A stretch of DNA of 64,000 bases. Source: Phyllobates terribilis (taxonomy: Eukaryota). Below, one piece after another: positions 1 through 13,539 of this stretch. Below the pieces are notes generated by a model. That model made no database searches. It was given only the letters and a program-made list of their open reading frames with translations, and was not told the origin of the DNA. Position 1 is the first letter of the stretch. Every line of letters begins with the position of its first letter. The stretch spans positions 1,140,800,001 through 1,140,864,000 of the forward strand of contig NW_027362761.1 in the NCBI RefSeq assembly GCF_046119375.1. The letters are read 5' to 3'. Both the position numbers and the translations under genes were made by a program.

Positions 1-534
1 GCTGCAGTGAGTGATTCTCCTCTGCTTCTCAGCCTGTGCAGTCATCTTAAGCCACCGCGCACGCTAATGAAGAAATGTCGGTCAGATGGATTATGGCGTG
101 GGACACTAGATTATTTCATCTTCGGACAGGTGAGGGATATTGTTCTTTTAAATTTTTGGTTTGTTTACAGGGGACAATGGCTTCAGGGAATTAGGTGTAA
201 AAATGAGTATAAGGTGTTTTTTATTTTATTCTTATTTTTACACTTGTTGGAGACAGCGGGGGCAGAATACTACTCTCAACATTGTCTCTTGCTCGCGCTG
301 ATTGCAGCACAAGCAGGCGACAATGATGAGAGCTGCCTCCAGCACCCGGCACTTGGGAACAGCGTTAACTGTAAAGCTGATTCCCAGACGCCGGTACGTG
401 TAATTCTGATGCAGTACACGGTTGCCACAGGTACACACGGACATTGCCGGTACTGGAAAAATCAGTGTGGAAAAAAACTATATCAGGATGTGTGGAAGAG
501 GCCTTAGTAGGGGTCTTGGTCCTGTTCGGCCCTT

Positions 535-660
535 ATTCATATTTATGCAATTTGACATATGGTAAGGTTTTAATACTAGTGGTTAGGACCATCCCGAATA
601 GGGTCACCATGACGTAGTGGGATGGCTTTCACATCTTTTTGATCAAAAATATGTTAACCA
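535..660 (+). repeat. Unclassified interspersed repeat; second copy at about 57848-57955
   Basis: Shared ATGGTAAGGTTTTAATA...GGGATGGCTTT...TTTGATCAAAA. Confidence 0.65.
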
Positions 661-3333
661 AATATCCTATATTATTTTCATGCACTGTTGCTATTTAGTC
701 ATTTACTGCAGGCTCATTTTGTTTTTCTCTTGGGTTTTGTCTATTTAGTGGCCAGTGTGAACATGCACTTAAATGCTGCATGCACACCAACTTATATTCC
801 AGTTCATTGCTTTTGCTTTCTGTGTTATACACAGCAGAGCTTCAGCACAGCTCAATACAAATAGGAGATATAAAGGGGATAGGGAATAATAAATGCCTAA
901 ATCTAATTTTGGTGTGCTGCTGGATTGCTTAAAAACATTGAAAATGAAAGTGGCAGTCACAGTCTGGGAATAATAATAATATAAAGATTCAAGTGATAGG
1001 GAAGTGCAGGACCTGCAGAGTCAGTGTGACTGTGAGATGATTGATCTGTGATATACAGCAGTACAGCATCTTAACACGATTTTTTTTTATTCTTGACGTA
1101 CTGCAAACAAAGAAAGAAGTTTAATACCCCTCTAGTTTTGCTACTGAAGAAAAATCCTGAAACCAAGACTTGTGTGACAGAGAGTGTGATTCCTGGGCTT
1201 GTGAGATGAACCTTAAGCAATATTTCTTTGTGGCTTTTTTGGTAATTTTTTGTTTTAAGAAAAATCTCCACATTGCAGAAATGTAAACACAACTGTCTAC
1301 TTCAAGTGTACAAGTTGTATAAACAAAACGTAAATTTTTTTGCACATTTCCGTGGTGTAATAGTCCAATATTACACCTGTACACATCAACGGAATACACT
1401 GGTCTGTTGCACGTGCTGGCTTTTGTGAAGTAAAACTACCTAACTTTTCCCTTTTTTCTAGTGAAGGATCAGGAGTGATGTTATCGGTTTTAAAAAAATC
1501 TTTAACAATAATTACAAATTTTAATTTTTTAATACCTGTTTTAAGAGTCCAATTTAGCAACCACACACCCCAGGCCCATTCTGCACGCTGTTGCTGCATG
1601 TTTTTTTTTCCATGAATGTATATGTAGCCACTTAGCAATGAATCATATTTAGACTTTGGAGCATCTTGGTCAAGCGGGAGATAATTTAACCCCCCTCCCC
1701 TCAAAGAATACACAAAAATAAATGATAAAATACACAAAAAACGACTACATTTTTGCATTATTGTTTTGCTGGTCCAATTTAACTGTAAATGCCACAACCA
1801 GACTGCTGAATGTTGCCACAACCACTGTAGTATTCTTGGTCAGATATTTTTGTCAACCAAAAGGGGGGGGGGGGGGTAATGACGAAAAATATATATTATT
1901 TTAAAATATTTTACACACATTTTACTTTTTTCATGGCAGTTTTATCAGCAGGATGATGTTACCTCTGACAGTGACACGGTCAGTTAGAGTGTTTTGTATA
2001 GTCAATCTCCTAAACTGCAAAAACATCTAATCCTTTACACGCAGATTTTCAGGTCCATCAATGAAACTTCTATTCATTCAGCTCTTTAGTCCACTAAACA
2101 ATAGCTCCCTGGTGCTCAGGAAGATATTTCACAAGAACAACTTCTTTCTGTTGATTTACTGGATGAGATGGAAAGTTAGCCAATGACATTGGGTACGAAA
2201 TGAAGGAGACAAATGACATGCCTGTGTTGCAGTCTAGAGAAGCTGTCGTAGTACGGGTACTTTGAGTCAAGGCAAATATCAATGTGTGAATGAAATAGGG
2301 TCAACGAGCTCTAAACATTTCCAACACTGCCTAGTCATGGATAATGCTTTTGATAATGAACCAAATTGGGGAGCCGAGGAGGTTAAGTCATCAGAGGGTG
2401 GAAGCTGGTGGAGTCGGCGTTAAAGAGCAGAGCCGATGTTCCACAGATGATCTACTTTTTCCGCGAAGCTCGGTAACAGGTGATGTTGGTATAAGAAGAT
2501 CACCAGTGCCTGAAAGCTCTGTGGGTGGTCGTGGCCAGTCCTAGGTGCGAGCGGATGGGAATTCTTGCTCAAATGGGAAAAGCAAGTGGACCAGCAAGAT
2601 GAGCAAGACTCAAGTTGACCTTTTTCTCCACGCAATCATCTTTCTGGTGACCAGTCCTCATCAGCAAGTAATGCCTTGTTGTGATCATCAGCCCTGTCAT
2701 CATCTTCATCCACTACTTTCCATACTTTTCCTCCTTCCTATACATTGCATCACCAGTTCATATTTTGTGTGCCCAAGAAACATGCGTTCAGTCATCTGCT
2801 TGTGTGGAAACTGAACTCCCACATGTCCATGTTCACTACAATCGACTCCAAGTCACCTGGATTCCACTGCCTTTTGCTAAAGAATTGTGAATGCTCGGCC
2901 TCAGTGCCAGACACGAAGCCATCATTATTTATTAAAAACAGCCGTCCCTGCCAGGTCTGGGCACAAAACGCAAACATTTTTCAAAAACAAAAAGTTATTG
3001 TGTTCTGTGCATCAAATTTTTGTTACGTCTCAGCTTCTTTAATATGTTTGGTGAATCATTTTTTTGTGACTGCACCGGTGGTGAACTCCACAGATCGGAC
3101 ACTGCGCAGGATTGACCCCCCTGCGAAAAGATGGCCACAAATGGAAAAACTGATAAAAAAAAATAAAAAAAATGCTTGGTTTCGATGTACATTTTTTGTA
3201 TTCGATACACAAAAGGTTACAAGGCTTAATATGTCTAAAAAAAAATAGGAAAATAACAGACATACATAAAAGGTGCAAAAACAGGAAAGTTCTATACTAA
3301 GCACTCCCCTGCTCCCAGGGACATGGGTTACAT

Positions 3334-3460
3334 CAGTGTTACCCAAATTCAAGAGTCACCGACAGATCATGTTTTCTTAAGTCCATCACTATCAATATTA
3401 AGGAAATCCTGAAAACATGATCTGTTGGTGACTCTTGAGGACTGGAGTTGGGGACCACTG
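3334..3460. mobile_element. Small hAT-type MITE
   Basis: CAGTG / CACTG ends; internal inverted repeat; degenerate 8-bp TSD GGTTACAT / GGTTAGAA. Confidence 0.68.
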
Positions 3461-4832
3461 GGTTAGAATGTGCACAAGTCCAATTTGGGTCCCCAACTAG
3501 GTTACTAATTGTACCCACATTGCAAAAAGTTTAGGCAAAGTGAGAGATAACAGCAATGCTTTTGGGCTGTGTAACGGCCATACAGCTATTAAAAGACAGT
3601 ATTTTTCAGACCACAAGACACAATCTTAAGCAATAAAAACAAAATTCCAAAGTTAGAATATCTCTCCGGTTGTAGTGGACGATCATGGAAGATAAGACAT
3701 GTCTATTTTAGTAAGTCCAGGAGGAACAACAGAGCAACACGATAATGGAAAGTATTGTCCTCTTACTGGGGTTCTTCGAGTGGAACCCAAATTTCTGCAG
3801 CGTCACCAGCACAATACAGATTGTCGAATCCGGAAAAGGATTCTGCTCTGTTGTCAGCTCTAGTGGTTGACGGGTGACGAGACCCCCAAAGCCGGCGTCG
3901 GGTGAGGAGTCCCCAAGAGCTGGCAGAGGCACTGCAGAAATTTAGCCCGGAAAACCCCATTAAAAAAAAATAGGGTGGGTACCTAGAGTGTCTGACATTG
4001 TCCAATCAGCAAAAAAAATTATGGAAAAGGATTTTTTTTTTTTTTTTTTTAGCATCGCCGAATTAAAGGATTAAAAGCTGAATAATTGAAATCGGATTTA
4101 AAATCAACAGGGTGATCATCCATATACAAATATCATGGGTTTTGGAATACAATGATCCTTATTCAGAGCATTACTATCCAATCAATATTCAAGGACAGAC
4201 ATTATTGATCAGGTAAAGACCCAGTTTTCAATTTAGTAATACATTTCCAGGAGGAATAACAGAGGACAATCAGAATTATGAAAACTAGCTCCTTATTGAA
4301 AAAATAAATGCTTTGTAGGACCGTTATTGCATAGAACTTGTCTAGTAACATGAATAAAACCAATCCGAGGTATAAAAGACATCCCGACATGGACATCTGG
4401 AAGTGCTCAGGTAAAGCGTGCAGAAGAAAGTGCGTCAGTGCGAAATGAAGGTTAAATGCTCAGATTGTTCCAGTGTTCTAGTCACCAGCCTAATTGTTTA
4501 AATGCGGCTTCTCGCAGGGTTCAGTAGGCAATAATTCACCCCGCACCTTATTGTTCTTCGACAATAGACATAAGAATTTAATATCCGCCAGCCACTTTTT
4601 CCTCATACTTCAACCAAAAAACAATTATAACATAAAGATCCTAATTATAAGAAAATCAAAGTCATTCACTTCTATTGAGTTTCGACGGAAAAAGAGCAAA
4701 AAGAATGAAAAAAAGGCAAAAAAAAAAAAAATAGAATTAACATAAATAAAAAACAGACAATAAATTACAGCAATAGAGAATTGATCGGAACAGAACATTT
4801 AATTAAAAAAACAACAAAATATAGATGGATCG

Positions 4833-5065
4833 TCATTGTCTATGTTTTTTGGGAAAAGAAGACGGCCGTAGTTCTTCAGCTCCGTGTGCGTAAGGGCAAT
4901 GGATGGCGGCGCGCGGGCAGCCACCGGGGTGGTTGATATAGAACCAGCAGAGTCGTGTCTTTACTGCGTCGGCTGACAGTTTGCGTTTGGCTTCTGTCCT
5001 GTGCTTATCGGAAGCGGTTTGTGTCTCTTGGGCCCAATCACGAATGGAAACCATTGAATTCATCA
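4833..5065 (-). CDS. TRMT44: TRMT44 last coding exon 11 with CCCH zinc finger (KTRLCWFYINHPGGCPRAAIHCPYAHG) and TGA stop
   Basis: Acceptor ttcttctaag at 5066; phase 1 matches exon 10; exon lengths total 1914 nt in one frame. Confidence 0.93.
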
Positions 5066-5460
5066 CTTAGAAGAAAAAAAAAGGAGAAGAGATCAATATC
5101 TAGCAAGGAAAAGGATTTGGAGAGATCAGTGGATGGTAAACTTAAAAGTTATAGACACCTGGCGGGAAGATGTTTTTTCTTAAATGTATGAATTTAGGGA
5201 TAAAAAATAATTTTTGCAATTAGGTTACATTAAAAAAATGTTGCATCGTTTGGCTTTTACAGACTCTTTACTTCCCTGCACATCGCTGGCTGCAGAATGA
5301 GTTAACCGAAAATCAGTCAGTGACCTTAAAGAGCAGTGCGCAACTCTTATTAGTCTTTTTCTTAAAGGGAAATTCAGCCCAGAATGACTGTTCAAACCAA
5401 GCACAGACACTCAGTGCGCCCTTGGTGTGGCCAAACAGTTCAAAGCAGCCAAAGCAGCTG

Positions 5461-5730
5461 GGGCAGCCATCACACTGCGTAGGGGGGCTGGGGCAGCCAT
5501 CACACTGCGTAGGGGGGCTGGGGCAGCCATCACACTGCGTAGGGGGGCTGGGGCAGCCATCACACTGCGTAGGGGGGCTGGGGCAGCCATCACACTGCGT
5601 AGGGGGGCTGGGGCAGCCATCACACTGCGTAGGGGGGCTGGGGCAGCCATCACACTGCGTAGGGGGGCTGGGGCAGCCATCACACTGCGTAGGGGGGCTG
5701 GGGCAGCCATCACACTGCGTAGGGGGGCTG
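5461..5730. repeat. 30-bp minisatellite, 9 identical copies
   Basis: Unit GGGCAGCCATCACACTGCGTAGGGGGGCTG. Confidence 0.97.
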
Positions 5731-5955
5731 GAGAAAAAAAAAAAAAAAATCACAGTGTGGGGGAGGGTGGGTGCCCACCATACTCTGTGGGGTTTTTGGG
5801 ACCATCATGTTATGTATGAAGAAAAATGTGAGGGGGATTTTTGAAATACCATACTCTATGGAAGCCATGGAAGTCGTATTATAGTGGGTGAGAACACCAA
5901 GGGGCTACAGTAGGGGCAAAAGTGCTGCAATACATCCCACTCCCCATGTCTTTAA

Positions 5956-6164
5956 CCCCTTCACGACATATTACGTATAAAACACGTCATATGTAGTGTT
6001 TCCCACTTTGATGCGGGCTCTGGCATTTTTTTTTTTTTTTTTTTTTACAAACTTTGGATTTTATTTTCACCACGTAAATAAAAAAGAACATATACATGCT
6101 TATTATCTACAAACTCAATGACCTGAAGAATCATAATGGCAGGTCAGTTTTAGCCTTTAGTGAA

Positions 6165-6198
<34 letters not shown>

Positions 6199-6435
6199 TT
6201 GTTGAATTGCACTTTTTTTTTAAATTTCACCACACCGATTTTTTTTCCTGTTTCCAGTACATGATATGGTAAAACCAATGGTGTCATTCAAAAGTACAAC
6301 TCGTCCTGCACGAAAACAAGGCCTCACACGGCCATATTGACCGAAAGAAAAAAAAAAAAAAAAGTTATGGCTCTGGGAAGAAGGTAAGCAAAAGACTGAA
6401 GTGCAAAAACTGAAAAAGGCCCGGGGGTGAAGGGG
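5956..6435. mobile_element. piggyBac-like non-autonomous element
   Basis: TTAA|CCCCTTCAC ... GTGAAGGGG|TTGA; related A/T-rich interiors near 33.0, 34.3-35.0 and 60.9-61.7 kb. Confidence 0.6.
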
Positions 6436-6535
6436 TTGAATGTTGTGAGGTACGCCCCTCTGTGACTGCGCCTGTGTACCGTGATAGGGCTTTGGCTATG
6501 GGGTTCCAGGATTTTGGAGTACGTCTGTGCTCAGA

Positions 6536-9060
6536 GGCATTATTATATGGAGGCACAATAGAGGGGAGGGGGCATTATTATATGGAGGCACAATAGAGGG
6601 GAGGGGGCATTATTATATGGAGGCACAATAGAGGGGAGTGGGCATTATTATATGGAGGCACAATAGAGGGGAGGGGGCGTTTTTATATGGAGGCACAATA
6701 GAGGGGAGTGGGCATTATTATATGGAGGCACAATAGAGGGGAGGGGGCGTTTTTATATGGAGGCACAATAGAGGGGAGGGGGCATTATTATATGGAGGCA
6801 CAATAGAAGGGAGGGGGAGTTTTTATATGGAGGCACAATAGAAGGGAGGGGGAGTTTTTATATGGAGGCACAATAGGGGGAGGGGGCATTATTATATGGA
6901 GGCACAATAGAGGGGAGGGGGCATTATTATATGGAGGCACAATAGAGGGGAGGGGGCATTATTATATGGAGGCACAATAGAGGGGAGGGGACATTATTAT
7001 ATGGAGGCACAATAGAGGGGAGGGGGCATTATTATATGGAGGCACAATAGAAGGGAAGGGGCATTACTATATGGAGGCACAATAGAGGGGAGGGGGCATT
7101 ATTATATGGAGGCACAATAGAGGGGAGTGGGCATTATATGGAGGCACAATAGAGGGGAGGGGGAATTATTATATGGAGGCACAATAGAGGGGAGGGGGCA
7201 TTATTATATGGAGGCACAATAGAGGGGAGGGGGCATTATTATATGGAGGCACAACACGGGGAGGGGGCATTATTATATGGAGGCACAATAGAGGGGAGGG
7301 GGCAATATTATATGGAGGCACAATAGGGGGGAGGGGGCAATATTATATGGAGGCACAATAGGGGGGAGGGGGCATTATTATATGGAGGCACAATAGAAGG
7401 GAAGGGGCATTATTATATGGAGGCACAATAGGGGGAGAGGGGGCATTATTATATGGAGGCACAATAGAGGGGAGGGGGCATTATTATATGGAGGCACAAT
7501 AGAAGGGAAGGGGCATTATTATATGGAGGCACAATAGAGGGGAGGGGGCATTATTATATGGAGGCACAATAGGGGGAGAGGGGGCATTATTATATGGAGG
7601 CACAATAGAGGGGAGGGGGAATTATTATACGGAGGCACAATAGAGGGGAGGGGAAATTATTATACGGAGGCACAATAGAGGGGAGGGGAAATTATTATAC
7701 GGAGGCACAATAGAAGGGAGGGGGCATTATTATACGGAGGCACAATAGAAGGGAGGGGGCATTATTATACGGAGGCACAATAGAGGGGAGGGGGCATTAT
7801 TATATGGAGGCACAATACAGGGGAGGGGGCATTATTATATGGAGGCACAATACAGGGGAGGGTGCATTATTATATGGAGGCACAATAGAAGGGAGGGGGC
7901 ATTATTATATGGAGGCACAATAGAAGGGAGGGGGCATTATTATATGGAGGCACAATAGAAGGGAGGGGGCATTATTATATGGAGGCACAATAGGGGGGAG
8001 GGGGCATTATTATAAAGAGGTACAATATGGGGAGGGGGCATTATTATAAAGAGGCACAATATGGGGAGGGGGCATTATTATATGGAGGCACAATAGGGTG
8101 GGTGGGGGTATTATATGGAGGCACAATAGTGGGGAGGGGACATTATTATATGGAGGCACAATAGAAGGGAGGGAGCATTATTATATGGAGGCACAATAGA
8201 AGGGAGGGGGCATTATTATATGGAGGCACAACAGAACGGAGGGGGCATTATTATATGGAGGCACAATAGGGGGGAGGGGGCATTATTATAAAGAGGTACA
8301 ATATGGGGAGGGGGGCATTATTATAAAGAGGCACAATATGGGGAGGGGGCATTATTATATGGAGGCACAATAGGGTGGGTGGGGGTATTATATGGAGGCA
8401 CAATAGTGGGGAGGGGACATTATTATATGGAGGCACAATAGAAGGGAGGGAGCATTATTATATGGAGGCACAATAGAACGGAGGGGGCATTATTATATGG
8501 AGGCACAATAGGGGGGAGGGGGCATTATTATAAAGAGGTACAATATGGGGAGGGGGCATTATTATAAAGAGGCACAATATGGGGAGGGGGCATTATTATA
8601 TGTAGGCACAATAGGGTGGGTGGGGGTATTATATGGAGGCACAATAGTGGGGAGGGGACATTATTATAAAGAGGCACAATAAGGGGGGAGGGGGCATTAT
8701 TATATGGAGGCACAATAGAGGGGAGGGGGCATTATTATATGGAGGCACAATAGAAGGGGAGGGGGCATTATTATATGGAGGCACAATAGAGGGGAGGGGG
8801 CATTATTATATGGAGGCACAATAGAAGGGGAGGGGGCATTATTATATGGAGGCACAATAGAGGGGAGGGGGCATTATTATATGGAGGCACAACACGGGGA
8901 GGGGGCATTATTATATGGAGGCACAATAGAGGGGAGGGGGAATTATTATATGGAGGCACAATAGGGGGGAGGGGGCATTATTATAAACAGGTACAATAGG
9001 GGGGAGTGGGCATTATTATAGAGGCACAACAGGGGGAGGGGGCATTATTATAAAGAGGCA
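6536..9060. repeat. 35-bp G-rich minisatellite, about 70 copies
   Basis: Unit GGCATTATTATATGGAGGCACAATAGAGGGGAGGG. Confidence 0.97.
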
Positions 9061-10174
9061 CAAGTTATCATTATAGGAGAGCACAGGAGGCATTATGGTT
9101 ATTATAAGGAAGCACAGGGAGGGGTTGTATTATTAGAAGGAGGTGCAGGGTCATTATTAATATAATAAAGGGTCCAGGGGAGTTAATACTAAAGGCGGCA
9201 CAGGGGAGATTATTTCACGACCATTTGTTATGCTTGGCTCCTGCCGTGGTGTCCCTGGTGCAGTCGCTGTCACATTCACGCGCTTCTGACATTCTCTTCC
9301 CACATGGACGTTGTGTCTATTCCCAGCCGCATTACACAGGACGGTCAGACCCAGCTGACGGCACCCGACGTTCTGTTCCGCACCGGATGATCGTTATTGC
9401 ATTTTTTTATTGTGTTTTTCTGGCTTTCTCGCTCTCCGGCCTTTTTCTCAGACAGAGGTTATTACATTTAGTAAGGTCGTAGTTTACATTTTTGAAGAAA
9501 TTGCATTTCTGTTCCCCTTTCCGGTTTACATTTAGCCCCAGGGTCCGTCCACCTGGCGGAGGAGCGGAGGTCAGAACAGCAATTTATTCTGACCCAGAAA
9601 TGTACTGATGGCTCAAACAGAAGGTGCTCCTCCGAATGCGGAGAACGTCTTTATCATCTTATGTATCGTCAAAAAAAAGTCAGGCGGATGAGAGGTTAAG
9701 CCACGTGGACAACAGTGATTAACACAGTCTATGGTCGTGGCGTGAAGAACCCAGCGTCAGTGATAGATCCGTATTACCTGGTTATTTTCATTAGTTTCTT
9801 CTCTGCAGTGTAGGAAACAACATTCTTGCTACCTGGAACCTGTCAGCAAGCAGGGAATCTGCCTCTTACAGATTTAATGATGCCCTTCATTATTAATTAT
9901 ATTCATTTTGGTTCCGAATGTGGTCATTTACTCTAGTTATTGTTCTGCATCTTAATGCAGCTTTACTTACACTGCCGATTTTGTACGTTTTCCCACCTAC
10001 AAAGAATGGAGAGGTCTGTAATTTTTATCGTAGGTACACTTCACCTGTGAGAGACAGAATCTAAAAAAATCCAGAAAATCACATTGTACGATTTTTACAT
10101 ATTTCATACAATAAAATGCTAATCAATTAAGTATTTGATACAATAGTAAATCAGAACTTAATATTTGGTACAGA

Positions 10175-10508
10175 CAGGGCTGTGGAATCGGAGTCATGGA
10201 GTCGGAGCCCATTTTGGTGGAATTGGAGTTGGTATAAAATGGACCGACTCCAACTCCTAAAATATATAATAAATTGGGTACAGTAGTTCAATGCAGTTTG
10301 TGGGGAATATTTTATTCATAAGAATTTGGGAACGTTATGAAATGTCCTATAAATGTCTGTCCTATTCCTGATCTAAGGGTCTAGAGTTTTAGCTGAGATG
10401 AATCTGTGCTACAGTAAATTTATCACTTAAACATGAGCCGTGTATGAGGGAGTCGCAGTCGTGGAAATTGAGGAGTCGGAGGTTTGGCTTACCAACTCCA
10501 CAGCCCTG
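10175..10508. mobile_element. hAT-type MITE inside the Tc1
   Basis: TIR CAGGGCTGTGG / CCACAGCCCTG; perfect 8-bp TSD GGTACAGA (10167-10174, 10509-10516). Confidence 0.88.
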
Positions 10509-11994
10509 GGTACAGAAACTTTTGTTTGAAATTATAGAGGTCAGACGTTTCCTGTAGTTCTTGACCAGGTTTGCACACACTGCAGCAGGGATTTTGGCCC
10601 ACTCCTCCATACAGATTTTCTACAGATCTTTCAGGTTTCGGGGCTGTCGCTGGGCAACATTAAGTTTCAGCTCCCTCCAAAGATTTTCTATTGGGCTCAG
10701 GTCTGGAGACTGACTAGGCCACTCCAGGACCTTGAAATGCTTCTTACGGAGCCACTCCTTAATTGCCCTAGCTGTGTTTCGAGTCATTGTCATGCTGGAA
10801 GCCACAACCCATCTTCAATGCTCTTACTGATGGAAGGAGGTTGTTGGCCAAAATCTCAAGAAACATGATCCCACCCATCTTCCCTTCAATATGGTGCAGT
10901 CATTTTGTCCCTCTTTACAGAAAAGCACCCCCAAAGCATGATGTTTTCCCCACCATGCTTCACGGTTGGGATGGTGTTCTTGGGGTTGTACTCATCCTTC
11001 TCCCTCCAAACAGGGCGAGTGGAGTTGATACCAAAAAGTTCTATTTCCGTTTCATCTGACCACATGATCTTCTCCCATGCCTCCTCTGGATCATCCAGAT
11101 GGTCATTGGCGCACTTCAAAAGGGCCTGGACATGTGCTGACGTGAGTAGGGGGACCTTGCGTGCCCTGCAGGGATTTTAATCCATGACGGTGTAGGGTAT
11201 TACTAACAGTAATGTCTGAGACTGTGGTCCCAGCTCTCTTCAGGTCATTGACCAGGTCCTCCCGTATAGTTCTGCGCTGATTCCGGACCTTTCTCAGAAT
11301 CATCCTTGCATCACGAGGCGAGATCTTGCATGGAGCCGCAGACTAAGGAAGATTGAAATTCATCTTGTGTTTCTTCCATTTTCCATTCACCCATGACAGC
11401 ACACCTGAGAGGATTCACCCATCGAGGACAGGAAACCATCTGAAATAAAAGGGTGGCACCTCTCCCCCACTTCAGTTGGTTTCCTGTCCTTGATGGGAAT
11501 CCTCATGAAGTAATCGGCAGCGGTCATGCTAAGAAGATTTAGCCAGGCCTGTCCCGGCACTGGAACAGCAGGCTCTTGTCCGTGGCACCGGCCTTCAGGT
11601 GCTGGTAGCGCCGTCTGCAGGTTTCCCGGGGACCTGTTGCATGTGCGGGCAGTGCAGAGGTCCTGGGCTTCTGTACACCGCCGCGCCACCCTCCCCCTGC
11701 CTCCCATGTGACCGGAAGTGGCCGCGGTCATGTGCCTCCGACGTCGTGGTGCAGGGCACGCTGGGTAGGGCGTGCCTCGATGACGTCGGGGGCGGCGCCG
11801 GAAAAAAGATGGTGGCGCCCTGTGCAATGCCGGCCGGCATGGCAAAATGCTGGCGGCGGCTGCTGAAAAGGCGGGCAGGGGGAGGGGGCAAATCACTGGA
11901 AGGAGACCATAGGGATCTGGAGGTGGCTGACCCCACTCATCTCCCTATATAAAGGAGCACTTGGGGTCAGAACGCTGCTCAAAGTCTTGTCATA

Positions 11995-13520
11995 ATGTCT
12001 GACACAGAGCAGCAGCAGCTGACGCCACGGCCACAGTCGCTACCACCTTCACTACCACCTCAGTCTGCTCGCCGGTCTAGAGGGTCCAGTGGAAGGAGCA
12101 GCAGTCGTCCCAGTCAGAAGGGTAAAGCTTCTCAGGACTCCACGGTCCAGGAGGGATGAGTTGCGTATCCTGAAACAGTCTTCAATTCCGGTATCCGCGG
12201 TAGCGGGGTGAGTGATCTTCATGAATGTCACTAGATATATTTGCTAATGGGACTCCTATTGGGTGTTTAAATCACCAGGAGGAACCCAGGAAAGTTACCG
12301 CCAAGAAGCGGAACAGGGAATGTGCGAAATGCAAATACCCCCTAGCAATAGACTGGCAGAAGGAGCTCTGCTCGGACTGCATTCAGAGAACCATTTGGGA
12401 GGGTTCCCCGGATTTTGCAGCTAGCCTCAGGTCTGTCATCAGATCGGAGGTAGAGGGTTCCCTTAAAACAATTTTGAGGAAAATTTTAGAAAAATCATAT
12501 CTGATCCTTCTTCTGACTCCTCTGTTATCAGATGGACAGAGTCGTAGTGGGGCCTCATCCTCTTCAGACAGTGATAGAGGGGGGGAGACCATGCTTCCCT
12601 TTGGAAGACACAGATAGATTGGTGAAAGCTGTCAGAACCACTATGGGGCTAAAGGAAGATTAATCTGTTAAGTCCCTAAAAGACATCATATGTTTGGAGG
12701 GTTGGAAGAGAAGAAAAAACGCATCTTTCCGGTGAACGCTAAGGTCCAGGCACTTATCAATAGGGAATGGAGGAAGCCTGAGAAAGTAGGGGCCTTGCCT
12801 TCATCCTCAAAAAGGAAATATCACTTTGGCCAAAAGGACTCTGAAAACTGGAATAAGGTGCCAAAAATTGACGCTGCTGTATCTAGATCAAAGAGATCGG
12901 CACTCCCTCTTGAGGACTTAGGGGTACTTAGAGACCTGTTAGACAAGAAGGCAGATGCCTTCTTAAAGCATACTTGGGAATCAGCAGCAGGAGGTCTAAA
13001 ACCAGCCATTGCAGGATCGTGTACCGCTCGTTCCTTTATGGTATGGTTACAGCAGTTGGAAAATCAGCTGAAAGATAAAAAGACCTCAAGGGAAAAAATT
13101 CTAGCCAACCTTCCCCTATTGCATGGTGCGTCCGCCTTCCTAGCAGATACCTCTGTGGACTCTGTAAAACTGGCAGCTAGGTCGGCTGGTCTATCAAACT
13201 CGGCAAGACGAGCTCTGTGGCTCAAGGGATGTCCTGGGGACTTACAATCAAAGTCTAGATTGTGTTCTATCCCGTGATGGACAATTTCTCTTTGGCAAAA
13301 AATTGTAAGATGTCCTTGAGAAAGCGAGCGACAAAAAAGGAAGATTCCCTGGGTTTTCGGCGGACGCCAGGGAGACCTATTTTCGGAGGGGGAAATTTAG
13401 TAGAGGTCGCCCCCATGGGAGAAAAAAGAAAGTGGGATTTGAAGAACAAGAAAGAGTCTGGATATATGTTCGGAGGTCCCTCCGCCGCCTCCAAAAAACC
13501 TCCACAATGACGCCAGGCCA
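11995..13520 (+). pseudogene. DIRS ORF1 gag-like (CxxC...CxxC motif, LAP2alpha-like domain), broken by stops and frameshifts
   Basis: CAKC...CSDC; EWRKPEK...WNKVPKIDAAV...LPLED...DKKAD resembles DIRS gag/LAP2alpha domain. Confidence 0.75.
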
Positions 13521-13539
13521 CAAGTAGGAGGAAGACTGT

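Noticed and set aside
7-507. 166-aa ORF and similar ORFs at 42200-42529
   Set aside because: Fall in a MITE family present twice in the window; no recognisable domain.
5313-5844. Repetitive ORFs (PPTQCDGCPS, GQPSHCVGGL, GAGAAITLRR) in several frames
   Set aside because: Artefact of a stop-free 30-bp minisatellite in an intron; open in multiple frames on both strands.
12690-13277. LAP2alpha/TMPO host gene
   Set aside because: Lies in the gag position between DIRS terminal repeats and is disrupted; no LEM domain.
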